Assembly (NCBI GenBank): GCA_040954595.2
Contig: CM082597.2
Location: forward strand, 7,217,849 to 7,281,848
Direction of reading: 5' to 3'
From: Balanoglossus misakiensis
Lineage: Eukaryota; Animalia; Hemichordata
Length of the DNA: 64,000 bases
Under the pieces are notes generated by a model. That model worked only from the letters and a program-made list of their open reading frames with translations. It was not told the DNA's origin and did no database searches. The position numbers and the translations under genes are program-made. Positions 56,301 to 64,000 of this stretch are shown here, piece after piece (within the stretch, counting starts at the first letter, position 1; each line of letters begins with the position of its first letter).

Positions 56301-59300
56301 CTCTCAAGGTCTCGTGGAGATCTGAAAATGGTGTATTGGTTAATGTCTTCAGAGTGATGGCGCTATATTTACCTGTCGCCGTCTCTCACATTAGTGACGA
56401 TCATGCCGTGAGCACATGTTGCAGTAGGCGGTGCAGTGCTGGTTCCAGAAACACAATCATGCGTGACCAAATAACTTGTCCCGTCTGGTTCGTGTTGTAA
56501 AATACATCAGTAATAACATGTCAACAAACTTCAGAACATGATAGAAACTTTTTTAGTGTTAATTTTTTTCTAATATGACACATGTTCACTCGAGCGCAAA
56601 GAATATACCGGGTAATATGCAGGATTTTATTCATAAAGAGGGTTAGTATATACGCCTTTATAACACTTGGCAACAGATGCAAGATAACTACAAGTGGAAT
56701 GTTACCTACACGCCTTTTTATAAAAGCCAAGTTCCTCACCAGATCCAATATGGCAACCACTACACACATCACACTATATATGCAGTGGAGTATCTCAACG
56801 TTGATGTGGTTAGCATATCATGACCACATGTTTTCGGAATTACTGATGTCATAATTACTTTGTTTAGCAGAACGTCGCTACGAACGTCACTAAGAATATA
56901 CCTTGTAACTTCACATTATTATGAATAAAACGTCAGAATATTTACCTTTACGTTCAACATTGATCCGTGAATTTGAACTTGTGATGCCAACATTAAATGT
57001 TCTCACGTATGGTGGTCTGCTTGGAACGCTTAGTCCATCGGTATATTCCACGCTCCATTGTAATCTAAACCTGTTCACTTCGGAATCGCTGATAAAAATC
57101 GGGTTCGAAGCGTCCTGGCTACACTGTACTTCGTTCTTGTCACCAGTGATTGTTGTTAAGGATACCGTACACGCCTTTATTGTTGGATAGTTTAGAACTG
57201 CAAAAAGCAGAAAAAGACGCCATTAACATTATATTCATTTGGATAATGTACATGTATGATTGAATTAGTGGTGAAAATTAGCATATTTGGCGGGAAATAA
57301 ACCCCGGCTCCTGCCAATCAGCGAGCTGGATTCACACCAAGCATAGTATAATATCCAAGTAATTTTATAGTGCGCCAATTTGTCGCCTTCACGAATACAG
57401 TCAATTCTCGGTGTCAATTCCAACAGTACTTTCACTGACGAAGACAGTCCTATGTTTAAAATGTGACCAACACTGTATTCGCGGTATACTACCATTTATA
57501 TTCACTATGTGCCTAAAATATTGTGCGTTGGCATTTTTCACTACAAGTGCTATAGCATAAAATAAGTCTCCAGACATAGTACAACACACATGCCGCGGTT
57601 GGTTGGTTGGTGAGGTTAGAATATGACTTCAATTTTTAATACCATGACAAAATAACAGTGTGAGAGTCAGTTTTATTCAAATTCAAGACATACTGGACCT
57701 TTTACTATTCAAACAAATTCACCACATGGTAAGATAAACAAGCTACGTTCTAAATGCTCTGGTCGCTTGGATTTTAACTCACGTGCAACAATATATAGAG
57801 AATATAGTTACTCACTTCGAAGGCAGTTGTAATCGCCGAAGCCAGGTGAGCATGTGCAAGAATAAATTCGATCTGGACAGGTCCCCGGATAACAGAACCT
57901 ACTGCCGACGATGCTTGAACAAGATGCTGAAACCATGGCACCAGATAATGAAATTAATATTGATAACGGTCGCAAGAATTCATACATACATACATACATA
58001 CACACATAAACACACACATACATACATACATACATACATACATACATACATACATACATACATACATACATACCGGTACATATACATACATACATACATA
58101 CATACATACATACATACATACATACATACATACATACATACATACATACATACATACATACATACATACATACATACATACATACATACATACATACATA
58201 CATACATACATACATACATACATACATACATACATACCGGTACATATACATACATACATACATACATACATACATACATACATACATACATACATACATA
58301 CATACATACATACATACATACATACATTACATGTACATACATACATACATAGTGGGAACACACGCACGCACGCACAGACAGACAGACAGACGGATTACCT
58401 GTGAGATCCTTTAACACCATACGATATTCGGTACTGGAAAAGATATAAAGTATATATAAATATAAACATAGCAGCTAATAGTAAACGCCTGGCAAGTTTA
58501 ATTGAACGGCATTCACACTGACAGAGACACAAGATATTGGCTTGACAGTCGATGTCGTATGTCGGCACACTTCTGTTGTGTTTTTTTCCTATGCAACCAT
58601 CATTTTGTGCAATTGCCGACATTTCTGACTCAGAACAATCCGGTTAGAACAAAATTTGATTTTGAATAACCACGAATGACAATATACATGCACTTTTGTA
58701 AATGGGGTTAAATGGCCACTCTATATACCCACGCTTTCAAAAAGGCGTTCTTTTCACAACACCTCCATAATCTGGAACGGCCCAAACACGAGCATATTGC
58801 CCAAAAGGTCCAAGTATACTCCCTCAAGTCCCTCTATACTCAGTCTCCCTCTATAACAGATCTATTACCATAAAAGCGATTGCTTAACCTTCCCGATCGA
58901 AGTACACACATCAATAGTTCTACCAAGCTGAATATACACACATCTAATTTGAATATGAAAAATTACCGATAGCGAGAACATTCCTTCCACCATAAAAATC
59001 CACAATCGTATATTGACTTAATACGAGTTGCCACACTCGTGTACACAAGGCTCCTTCGAGATCTTCTAACCAACTCCAACTGTGCTTGACTGGGGTTTCT
59101 GTTTAATTTATAACATTTAAATAATTATTATTCGAGTACACCAAAATCGCATTAGGGAACTTTCGCTCAATGACAAGTGTTGAGAGACTCTAAAATGCCA
59201 AATCATATTTCTTGTCTCCGACTATTGGCTGCTTCGGAGCGTTCAGTTACCTCCATTGTCAAATTGGTTTGGTCTAGTAGGGGAGATAAAAACGTTCAGG

Positions 59301-59429
59301 GGAATACACAGTATCCGGTAAATGAATGGTAGAGAATAATACTCACTCGTCATTTTCCGCTGATGACACAAGAATCAAAGTCAGGATACCCAGAAGTAGA
59401 ACTTGAAGGTGTAGAATTTTCAAATCCAT
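17590..59429 (-). CDS. Giant secreted protein (~3,300 aa, ~54 exons): signal peptide, furin site, EMI/EGF-like region, many FN3-like repeats, CBM4/9-DUF642-like domain
   Basis: First coding exon 59429-59347 MDLKILHLQVLLLGILTLILVSSAEND; 59098-58967 (RRSRR, CGFLWWKECSRYR); EGF-like ~57925-57816; then an in-frame exon chain with repeats such as IDNIPPTAGVVHDGLGLHDADYQ...ASWHGFSDLESSIHHYLWCVGSSPGAEDI (23017-22775), IDDSPPVAGKVYDG (36827-36641), VDTSSPLEGHVHDS...ASWDGFFDRESG (46485-46276); NLIKNPSFED exon 22491-21903; last exon 17872-17590 ends SYSKI*. No TM segment seen. Confidence 0.88.
18310..18544. mobile_element. PIF/Harbinger-like MITE (second copy 44734-45013)
   Basis: GG(T/C)CAAA...TTTGGCC termini, TTA target duplication, internal GTTCCGATT/AATCGGAAC inverted repeat. 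Confidence 0.7.
18855..19194. mobile_element. Kolobok-like TTAA MITE family 1 (left end degenerate)
   Basis: Same ~345-bp sequence as 23172-23513, 40652-40998 and 45241-45583; right end GACTTTGTCCCT followed by TTAA. Confidence 0.75.
23172..23513. mobile_element. Kolobok-like TTAA MITE family 1
   Basis: TTAA-AGGGACAAAG...CTTTGTCCTT-TTAA; purine termini with TTAA duplication are the Kolobok signature. Confidence 0.8.
24870..25185. repeat. Double-hairpin palindromic repeat element
   Basis: GGGCCGTAGCAGCCGTTT...AAACGGCTGCTATGGCCC followed by ACCTCATGCTAA...TTAGCATGAGGT inverted repeats. Confidence 0.6.
27144..27673 (-). repeat. 3' LTR
   Basis: Matches 33975-34504; sense termini TGTTACG...CGTAATA. 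Confidence 0.95.
27674..27688 (-). promoter_or_regulatory. Polypurine tract
   Basis: Minus strand TTAAAAGGAGGGGAG immediately before the 3' LTR. Confidence 0.9.
28723..33897 (-). CDS. Gag-Pol polyprotein (Gag-CCHC, protease, RT, RNase H, integrase, chromodomain)
   Basis: Single ORF (first ATG 33897; open from 33960): CFNCGRYDHIARNC, LIDTGA, YIDD, YTDSS..ELEALA..TDH, H..H..CAHC, D..D..E, WTGPY, YDIDNVLKGRYRNGKLQYLVKWKNYSNKHNTWEDEDNL. Confidence 0.97.
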   Translation of the reverse strand: MDREMLNDMNSQLSEIRQVTLRAGGQVGPGFFSGTETENAHRWWKKYIDFADFKQWSDEKRLKGIGLYLTGEAERWFYRLSAEKKNDLTTLQNVFLARFDKCGPMWLYDEKLFRLKQLPDQTVEQYAELICEKAEKAKKTDEELLSFFMNGLRPDILKFVAGMSPEDFETAYKHARTAEVVAGLPETDEPEAGLLQQISTRIDDMKQEDEEMKTKSSAADHRGRSTKREKKSPSYRARERTIDYKVKRNRYNFTGHSAQRFPRHSQFNSRTCFNCGRYDHIARNCSKYAFSGNVSKPSRKFYFDGSSDSRSCAGVNALGKEGAYNVKDGVNFVNKDGCAFHENVIPISICHEKVTSLIDTGAHITVAPIRLLELIPALKNYPMFKSRYNCVHTAHEDKLKVIGFMKIPAFIGNKRVLLYVNLVESLQHNLILGLDFMKRYRAVIDFKGNILRLQSDVPLRTNVDVNISPGSEMVIPVKVPYKYLTGVLGCICDKRTRLTPGILVAKGLAYSNKNFLPMRVVNTLDTVVKIKKNSVVGMFSPLPRNSEIVPLDNTAVNCVSPQGPRTQKETDYLMGQLKFNELEITKAQRKQLRDVLLHNMEAFVDSSGRLGNCDVIKHTIRLQEGAAPFRRPPYRVTPEKRRELERQVDQLLEQNIIEPSTSPFASPVVLVKKPDGSWRFCTDFRHLNNITVPDSFPLPRTDESLEMLGKNKPQYFSTLDLQSGFFQLELDEESRPKTAFVTHQGLYQYRRLAQGLRNSPSCFQRTMQHVLRNIMWQYVLCYIDDIIIFSSSFEEHLQHIDTVLTRLRQAGLKLKPSKCQFMRKSVKFLGHIISKDGIAVDESKVTAVKEYPRPHTVTQLKSFLGLANYYRKFIKNFSIIARPLHKLLGKDTKFEWNDRCEHAFEKLKHVLCQAPILGYPDMNENFTIYTDSSTHALGFVLAQRQNGVERVILYGGRSLNCHERNYSITELEALAVIHAIRQCDHYVRSNHVTIVTDHSNLTYMFKQKIPRGRIGRWIMTMQQYDYEIIYRPGKKHMNADGLSRRPYQQCEGYKSDVTDLEHAPEMNYKPNSQPMVDKCVNTEPINSPCINNIHTGQQTEPRVHNSANSEDTSGYGILLNSSNDTSNTDVEENASNTEVDKTFDSEVQSRMKGEQRKDDYLSKFLNYLENDELPTDQKLARKFVSMAPNYDIVDGVLYHFWKPTGKSAGKLDCVRQVVIPKSLRNYVLRWAHDCVLAGHLGYTKTLGVLRQRYFWERMPRDVNMYVKTCAHCHTRKRATPPTHAKLLPIPVSGPWDRLGMDIVGPLPRTYDGHKYILVLTDYFTKFPLAYPLRNARAETVAKILFDEVIATYGSPRVLLSDQGSNFLSQVVRETCKFFNIQRKVSTPYRPQTNGLTERFNGCLVDMLSMFVDSKQKDWDRYLSSVLFAYRVSPQESSGFSPYYLLYGRHPTLPMDVEFQPVEGRTRNIDTHLKHLAAKREIAHKIAKENIDRYQQNMKDRYDQNIQRSQNLKVGDPVYLYTPSVKPGVNKKFVHKWTGPYIISEKVGPVNYKLRFINSTRNYRKVIHVNRLKRAYLRPSEFDSSSSDESCEENDVPETTNYDNGTEICQSPEAETYAESENGSDQIEGLGLRDLSSRTNPSAFDETDNNGNCQTNASEPFYDIDNVLKGRYRNGKLQYLVKWKNYSNKHNTWEDEDNLNETAKEYLIRNPVKIQGKQVIAHLHI
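33955..33972 (-). promoter_or_regulatory. Primer binding site, tRNA-Ala-like
   Basis: Minus strand TGGTGGAGATACGTGGGT two nt after the 5' LTR; TGGTGGAGAT is complementary to the tRNA-Ala 3' end (ATCTCCACCA). Confidence 0.75.
33975..34504 (-). repeat. 5' LTR
   Basis: Matches 27144-27673. Confidence 0.95.
36405..36580. mobile_element. Kolobok-like TTAA MITE family 2
   Basis: TTAA-AGGTATACGGTCACC...GGTGACCTTGTACCT-TTAA; inverted copy at 37279-37477. Confidence 0.75.
37279..37477. mobile_element. Kolobok-like TTAA MITE family 2, opposite orientation
   Basis: TTAA-AGGTATACAGGCACC...GGTGACTGTATACCT; interior is the reverse complement of 36405-36580. Confidence 0.7.
38008..38346. repeat. Two (GAT)n microsatellites (~38008-38053, ~38275-38346)
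   Basis: Visible directly. Confidence 0.95.
40652..40998. mobile_element. Kolobok-like TTAA MITE family 1
   Basis: TTAA-AAGGACATAGTCTCTCTCTCG...CGAGAGAGACTTTGTCCCT-TTAA. Confidence 0.8.
44734..45013. mobile_element. PIF/Harbinger-like MITE
   Basis: TAA-GGCAAAAAAT...ATTTTGGCC-TAA; similar to 18310-18544. Confidence 0.7.
45241..45583. mobile_element. Kolobok-like TTAA MITE family 1
   Basis: TTAA-AGGGACAAAGTCTCTCTCTCGCTG...CAGCGAGAGAGAGACTTTGTCCCT-TTAA. Confidence 0.85.
46517..46763. mobile_element. Mutator-like MITE with long TIRs
   Basis: TAGTC...CACCGCTGGCTGCGCTACGCTAAAGGG / CCCTTTAGCGTAGCGCAGCCAGCGGTG...GACTA; flanks AGAACATGGA / AGAAAATGGA (9-10 bp TSD, one mismatch). Confidence 0.75.
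47220..48014. mobile_element. Kolobok-like non-autonomous DNA transposon (family 3, ~795 bp)
   Basis: ~55-bp TIRs GATGGGTCCCTGGGATCTTTTTGC...GCAAAAAGATCCCAGGGACCCATC, TTAA on both sides. Confidence 0.85.
50367..54731. mobile_element. Non-autonomous CACTA/EnSpm (CMC)-like DNA transposon, ~4.4 kb
   Basis: 13-bp TIR CACTGCAAATTCT / AGAATTTGCAGTG, TA on both sides, dense subterminal GGCTTG/CAAGCC/AAACC repeats at both ends; no transposase ORF. Confidence 0.75.
52051..52722. repeat. 70-bp minisatellite, ~9.6 copies, inside the CACTG element
   Basis: CACTACGATATGGTGCCATCCTACTGTTATAGGCAGCAACCATATGAGAACATGAGACTGACCGATACAA recurs at 52051, 52121, ... 52681. Confidence 0.97.
57981..58350. repeat. (TACA)n microsatellite
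   Basis: Visible directly; explains the MYVC/YIHT ORFs. Confidence 0.97.
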
Positions 59430-59540
59430 AGTACCATAAACTGGATTTTTCTGTCGACAGGAGTCGATAGTAAAAAAAACAAAGTGAAATCTAGTCTTAG
59501 AACTGTCTTTTAGCTTAAATTGAATTTCCCAGGCTTAACA

Positions 59541-59933
59541 CGTAAACTTTCGCTGAAAACTACTAAACGTTTTTTTCGCGCTGCTTATTGAAAAGAAATA
59601 TCGTCAGCACTTTGGTGTACGTGAAATTTCGCTGAAAACTACTAAACGTTTTTTTTCGCGCTGCTTATTGAAAAAACATCGTCAGCAATTTGGTGTACGT
59701 GAAATTTCGCTGAAAACTACTAAACGTTTTTTTCGCGCTGCTTATTGAAAAGAAATATCGTCAGCACTTTGGTGTACGTGAAATTTCGCTGAAAACTACT
59801 AAACGTTTTTTTCGCGCTGCTTATTGAAAAAAAATCGTCAGCAATTTGGTGTACGTGAAATTTCGCTGAAAACTACTAAACGTTTTTTTTCGCGCTGAGT
59901 ATTGAAAAAAAAATATCGTAAGCACTTTGGTGC
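59541..59933. repeat. ~78-bp minisatellite, 5 copies, in the putative 5'UTR intron of the giant gene
   Basis: CGTGAAATTTCGCTGAAAACTACTAAACGTTTTTTTCGCGCTGCTTATTGAAAA...TCGTCAGCA.TTTGGTGTA at ~59541, 59620, 59698, 59777, 59854. Confidence 0.95.
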
Positions 59934-59967
59934 CTTTTTGCATCTGGTACGTTGACATTAAACTCAC

Positions 59968-60200
59968 CCTGGTACAGGACTTGTGACCGGACTACTGGTT
60001 CTGATGAAGCGGATATGCACTGTCGATTCATATATTGCACTGAAGACAATCGATCACCACATAGTCACGACCTGATTGGTTGAAACTTTCTTGAGAAGGC
60101 GTTACTGTCAGAGATTGATGATTACCCAGACCACGCCACTCTATTCAATTGCCTTATAAAACCCATGTACCGCATCCAGGGCATGGAATGTTTCGAAAAC
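59968..60200. promoter_or_regulatory. Putative bidirectional promoter between the giant gene (-) and the vitellogenin-N-like gene (+)
   Basis: Minus-strand donor (GTGAGT) at 59967 implies a 5'UTR exon just upstream; ATTGG at 60075, TATAAAA at 60155, plus-strand ATG at 60201. Confidence 0.55.
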
Positions 60201-60946
60201 ATGGCAGAAAGAGCAGGGCTGCTGTTGCTCTGTCTCCTCTTCATCGTGGTGTCTTGTAGTTGCAGCCTCGTTCGATTCCAGCCTGGCACAAGCTACTCTT
60301 ACGAGTATGAAGCGACTACCGAGTTGCACGGCGCAGGTGTGATAGAAACCAGGGCAGAGGTAGGGAAACGAACGCTATTTATATTATTTGGACCATTGCT
60401 TTGCGACTGCAGCTAATAAGTATTGTAAATTAAGGTGGCTCTACATCATGTCTACACGACATAGTGTTTCCTTTGTATATTTTAATAAAACTCCTCTTTG
60501 GCACATTTTGTGGCAATTGCAAGAAAACGACAATAATGCAACCATGTTTTTTCAAAATTCTACATATAAGGCTGTGGAATATGATAATCTTACACTGCAA
60601 ATGGGTAGTCTTCTACCCCAATTTGTGTTTTGTCATTTGGTGTATATTGCATCTATTGTGTGAAAATTGTCGTCGAATTTCGTTTTTTCCCCTAGGGGTG
60701 CATTGTCGATAAAAAGAATAGTACCGCCCGCTAGATAGATAGACCATGTAAGTGACTGAAATTGTCACAATATTTGCAGTATACTGTTAACTGTTATTAA
60801 CTGAAGTCCCACTCAGAATTACGTCATACATCTATTTTGTTTTCTGCAGTTGCTTTTGGAACTGATCCAAACAGACGACAATGGCCAACATTGCCTGTTC
60901 ACCATTGACGATATTTCATACAAGCTCTTCAATAACGGTGCTAAAG
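60201..60946 (+). CDS. First two exons of a secreted protein with vitellogenin-N / large-lipid-transfer-like N-terminus; continues beyond window
   Basis: Exon 60201-60359 MAERAGLLLLCLLFIVVSCSCSLVRFQPGTSYSYEYEATTELHGAGVIETRAE|GT; exon 60850-60946 LLLELIQTDDNGQHCLFTIDDISYKLFNNGAK|GT. Signal peptide followed by F.PG..Y.Y.Y, typical of the LLT module start. Confidence 0.7.
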
Positions 60947-62859
60947 GTATTTTTTATAACAACGATAAAATATATTTCTCTACTCACTATATCATGTTGT
61001 GATTTGCTTGTCGGTCCTTGGCCGGCTAACCGTATACAATTGCCCCGCGGTTGATGTGTTTTCTTGGGCCACACACACACACCATTAAGACGGTTCTAAA
61101 GCATCTCAGATCAGATACCGTCTTAAAAAAACACCTGTGGACGGTGCAAGTGGTTCTGAAACGTCTCAGATTTGAGATGGCTTTGCCGGCCAGACCTGAG
61201 CAGGTGTAAGGATTAACACCTCTCCGCAACCCATTGTCTATTGGGCTGAGCCTCAGCACCTATACATAAACTATGTGTGTGTGCACACAAGGCGACTCAA
61301 AGGATTAATGCTATGTGTTTACCATAGGCAAATAGTGTCTCAAATTTTACTATGTGTGAACCAGGTATCTTACCATTTCCATCGTATGACGTAAGATGCT
61401 GGTTTTGTACGGGTCGTCTTCTTCCATGTAACTTTTAGCAGGAATGTAAATCACCAAGATTACTGCCGTTTTCATAGCTGTAATCGCATAAATCCAAAAG
61501 TCTTGACTCAAATTGCATACGTTGACAAACTTTTTTCAATTGTACTTTTGTGGAAATTATTATTAATATATCATAATTTTGTATTAAAATTACTTGTCTT
61601 ACTAAAACAAATTAAATGCAATTTTGTTTTAATGGATTTATATAATAATTGCAACTTTATAATTAAATTAAGTTTGAAATGATAGTTCAACAGATATTCA
61701 TCAGATATTAATTGCCCCATGAATTTTGACTAAAATTTTAACCAAGATGAATTTTTAATAAAAATTTATCTTGCAGTTTTCGTCTCGGTGAAATGATTAT
61801 CTAGTATTCGAATTTTATTATTATTGTTATTATTACAAGTTTAGGGGTTTTAAAGAATTATATAAACAATTTACCAATTTAAGAAGCACGGATGAATTTT
61901 CTGTACAATCATTCCTGATTCTTCAGATTCATAATTTAGCGCTAAAGACATCATTTTTCAAAGTGAGTCGAGTGTATCATGAAGATAGGCCTATATCTAA
62001 AAATGCAGACGTCACAACACTTTCGGTTTAAGATTTTCTACATATTCACAAAAAAACACGGGTATAGTTAACACTATTTAAAACCTTGTTACCCGGTGAG
62101 TCTGGTGGCGTGTGTACGACAGTTCTGAGGTACAAATCTTCGCTCGAAACCCAACGCGAGTTGGAGGGAGACCGAGTTTATTTAGACCTACTTGCAACAT
62201 TGTAACAATTTTTCGTATGTTTGCGCGCGTTCTGATATCACGCCATGTCAACTGAGTTTGAACGAGCTGTTTCGCGTCGTGTCGTCTGCTCAGTTTTCGT
62301 GGCTAAAACGACAGGAATAATACCCCAGTTGGCTTTAGAATTGTACATATCGTGAGATTTGAGCGCCATAGAAACCGCAGATATCGTGGAACAGGAAGGT
62401 TTAGTGTTAAAATCATTGTTTTAATAGAAATAATATTGACCTCTGAGTTATGCTAGTTTGTGTCGGTGCCAAAAGGACGCGATGTTAGTTACACGGCAGC
62501 CAAATAGAATCGGAGAAATGAAGAAATGTTATCACGATACTTTGGATTTCGTGTTATTATTTCTCGGGACTTTAGTGTTTTCTCAGACAAGGTAACAGAA
62601 CAGACACACAATGCATCTCGCGGTTCCGTTTTCAATGTTGAATTTTATGTTTTGACTGCATTTGCGTGTCAGCTCACAGGTCTTCACATTCATCAGAAGC
62701 TATTGTGCGTCGCTGAGATTTGATTCTTCATAAACGAAAATTATTAAATAAAACATTTCCAGAAATTTAGAAGATTGTAGACTTTTCTGCTAGTTGTCTA
62801 TTTAGTGCTAAAGTCACGATGAACGGCCAAAATTTAACACAGACTCGCCGTCAACACTA

Positions 62860-63247
62860 AACATTCTCACACTCCTGGCACGCTGGGAGTGTGAGAACAC
62901 AGGGAATAGAGAAATGAATAGTGTTGTTGTTGATGATGATGATAATAAAAACATTTTAAAAAAATCAATGATACAAAAATCAATGACGCGAGCGCTGATT
63001 GGTTGAAAAAGACTTCATTTGCAAACGCGCGCTATATGTTATCCAATGGCGCGATATGTATTACAGGGACAGAGACTACACCATGCCCAGACGACAGTTC
63101 CAGAGTCATTTATTCAATGTTTTTAACGGATTTGGCTAATATGTGACCGTGTGAGAAAAATAATCTCACACTCCCAAGGACCTGGGATCATATTTCTCAC
63201 ACTCGTCGGGGAAATATGATCCCAGGTCCTTGGGAGTGTGAGATTCT
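62860..63247. repeat. Hairpin-containing repeat element end
   Basis: TTCTCACACTCC..GGAGTGTGAGAA (~62865) and AATCTCACACTCCCAAGGACCTGGGATCATATTTC...GAAATATGATCCCAGGTCCTTGGGAGTGTGAGATT (~63162-63245). Confidence 0.65.
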
Positions 63248-64000
63248 ATTAGTGTACAGCTACGAGTGTGTGTCCTCTGTAACTGCCTTCCTTCGATAAC
63301 CATACAACAACAACCAGACGGTAAACGTTTATGCAATGGACAAATGTTTTAAACTTGGTCGACATTAAGGAAGTATGCATGAACAATCGATTGATTGGAT
63401 TCCCCAGCGATACTATTTTAACTTGCGATATTTTTGTGGTGAAACTGAAAATCGGCAGGCTGCATTGCCAGGTGTTCTGCACATGCGCTAGTTCCTCTGT
63501 CTTGAAAGAAAAGTCGAATTTCACCATCTTATAAATGTGCATTCGGAAAATAAAGCCAAAACGTATTCTTTGTGACCGAAAATACTGCTAGTGTGATTTT
63601 TATTGTTCAAATCCAACCTATTATTATTATTTAAATTGGTTTGTGATACCTCCTCGTAGCACAATTGTCATTGCAATGGACGGTTTTTAATAGGATTTTG
63701 GAAAAATGTATAATTTTAGCCCCCAAACGAGTGACATCAAAACGTGTGTTATCAAAACAAAAATCATATTTCTTTGTCTTTGACCTAAGGTACATATTTG
63801 GCGAAATTTCGGAGTGATCTGACTACTTATTAATGGAATTTTGTAAAAAAAAAGCATAATTTGAGCCCCAAAATAGTTGCCATAGAAACATGTGGTTACA
63901 AAATGGATATCATTTTTGTTCGTTTTGAGCCAAGATACCCCTATGATAAAATTTTCCTGGAAATTGGACCTATTATTATTAAAATTATGTTTATATAATT

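Noticed and set aside
57783-58420. Long ORFs rich in MYVC / YIHT
   Set aside because: Translations of a (TACA)n microsatellite; only the small EGF-like and TEYRMVLKDLT exons are credible.
60201-60946. Calling the gene vitellogenin, apolipophorin or MTP
   Set aside because: Only ~85 residues are visible; enough for an LLT-like start, not for a family assignment.

Overview
Intron-rich, AT-rich animal genomic DNA (marine invertebrate, possibly a hemichordate or related deuterostome; the species cannot be determined here). Contents: (1) the 3' end of one copy (1-1365) and a complete second copy (~5885-15753, +) of a tandemly duplicated receptor with signal peptide, 7 Ig-like domains, FN3, TM and a tyrosine-kinase-fold domain lacking catalytic motifs (HRD->HRY, DFG->NFS, no Gly-rich loop), i.e. 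a receptor pseudokinase; (2) a giant minus-strand gene (59429->17590, about 54 coding exons, about 3,300 aa by manual splicing) for a secreted protein with a furin site, EMI/EGF-like N-terminus, many FN3-like repeats and a CBM4/9-DUF642-like domain; (3) an intact Ty3/gypsy LTR retrotransposon (27144-34504; apparently identical 530-bp LTRs, chromodomain integrase) in an intron of that gene; (4) the first two exons of a divergently transcribed gene (60201-, +) whose N-terminus resembles a vitellogenin-N/large lipid transfer module, sharing a very short bidirectional promoter; (5) a 4.4-kb CACTG-ended element, several MITE families, minisatellites and microsatellites. Exon boundaries, lengths and identities were read by eye and need confirmation.
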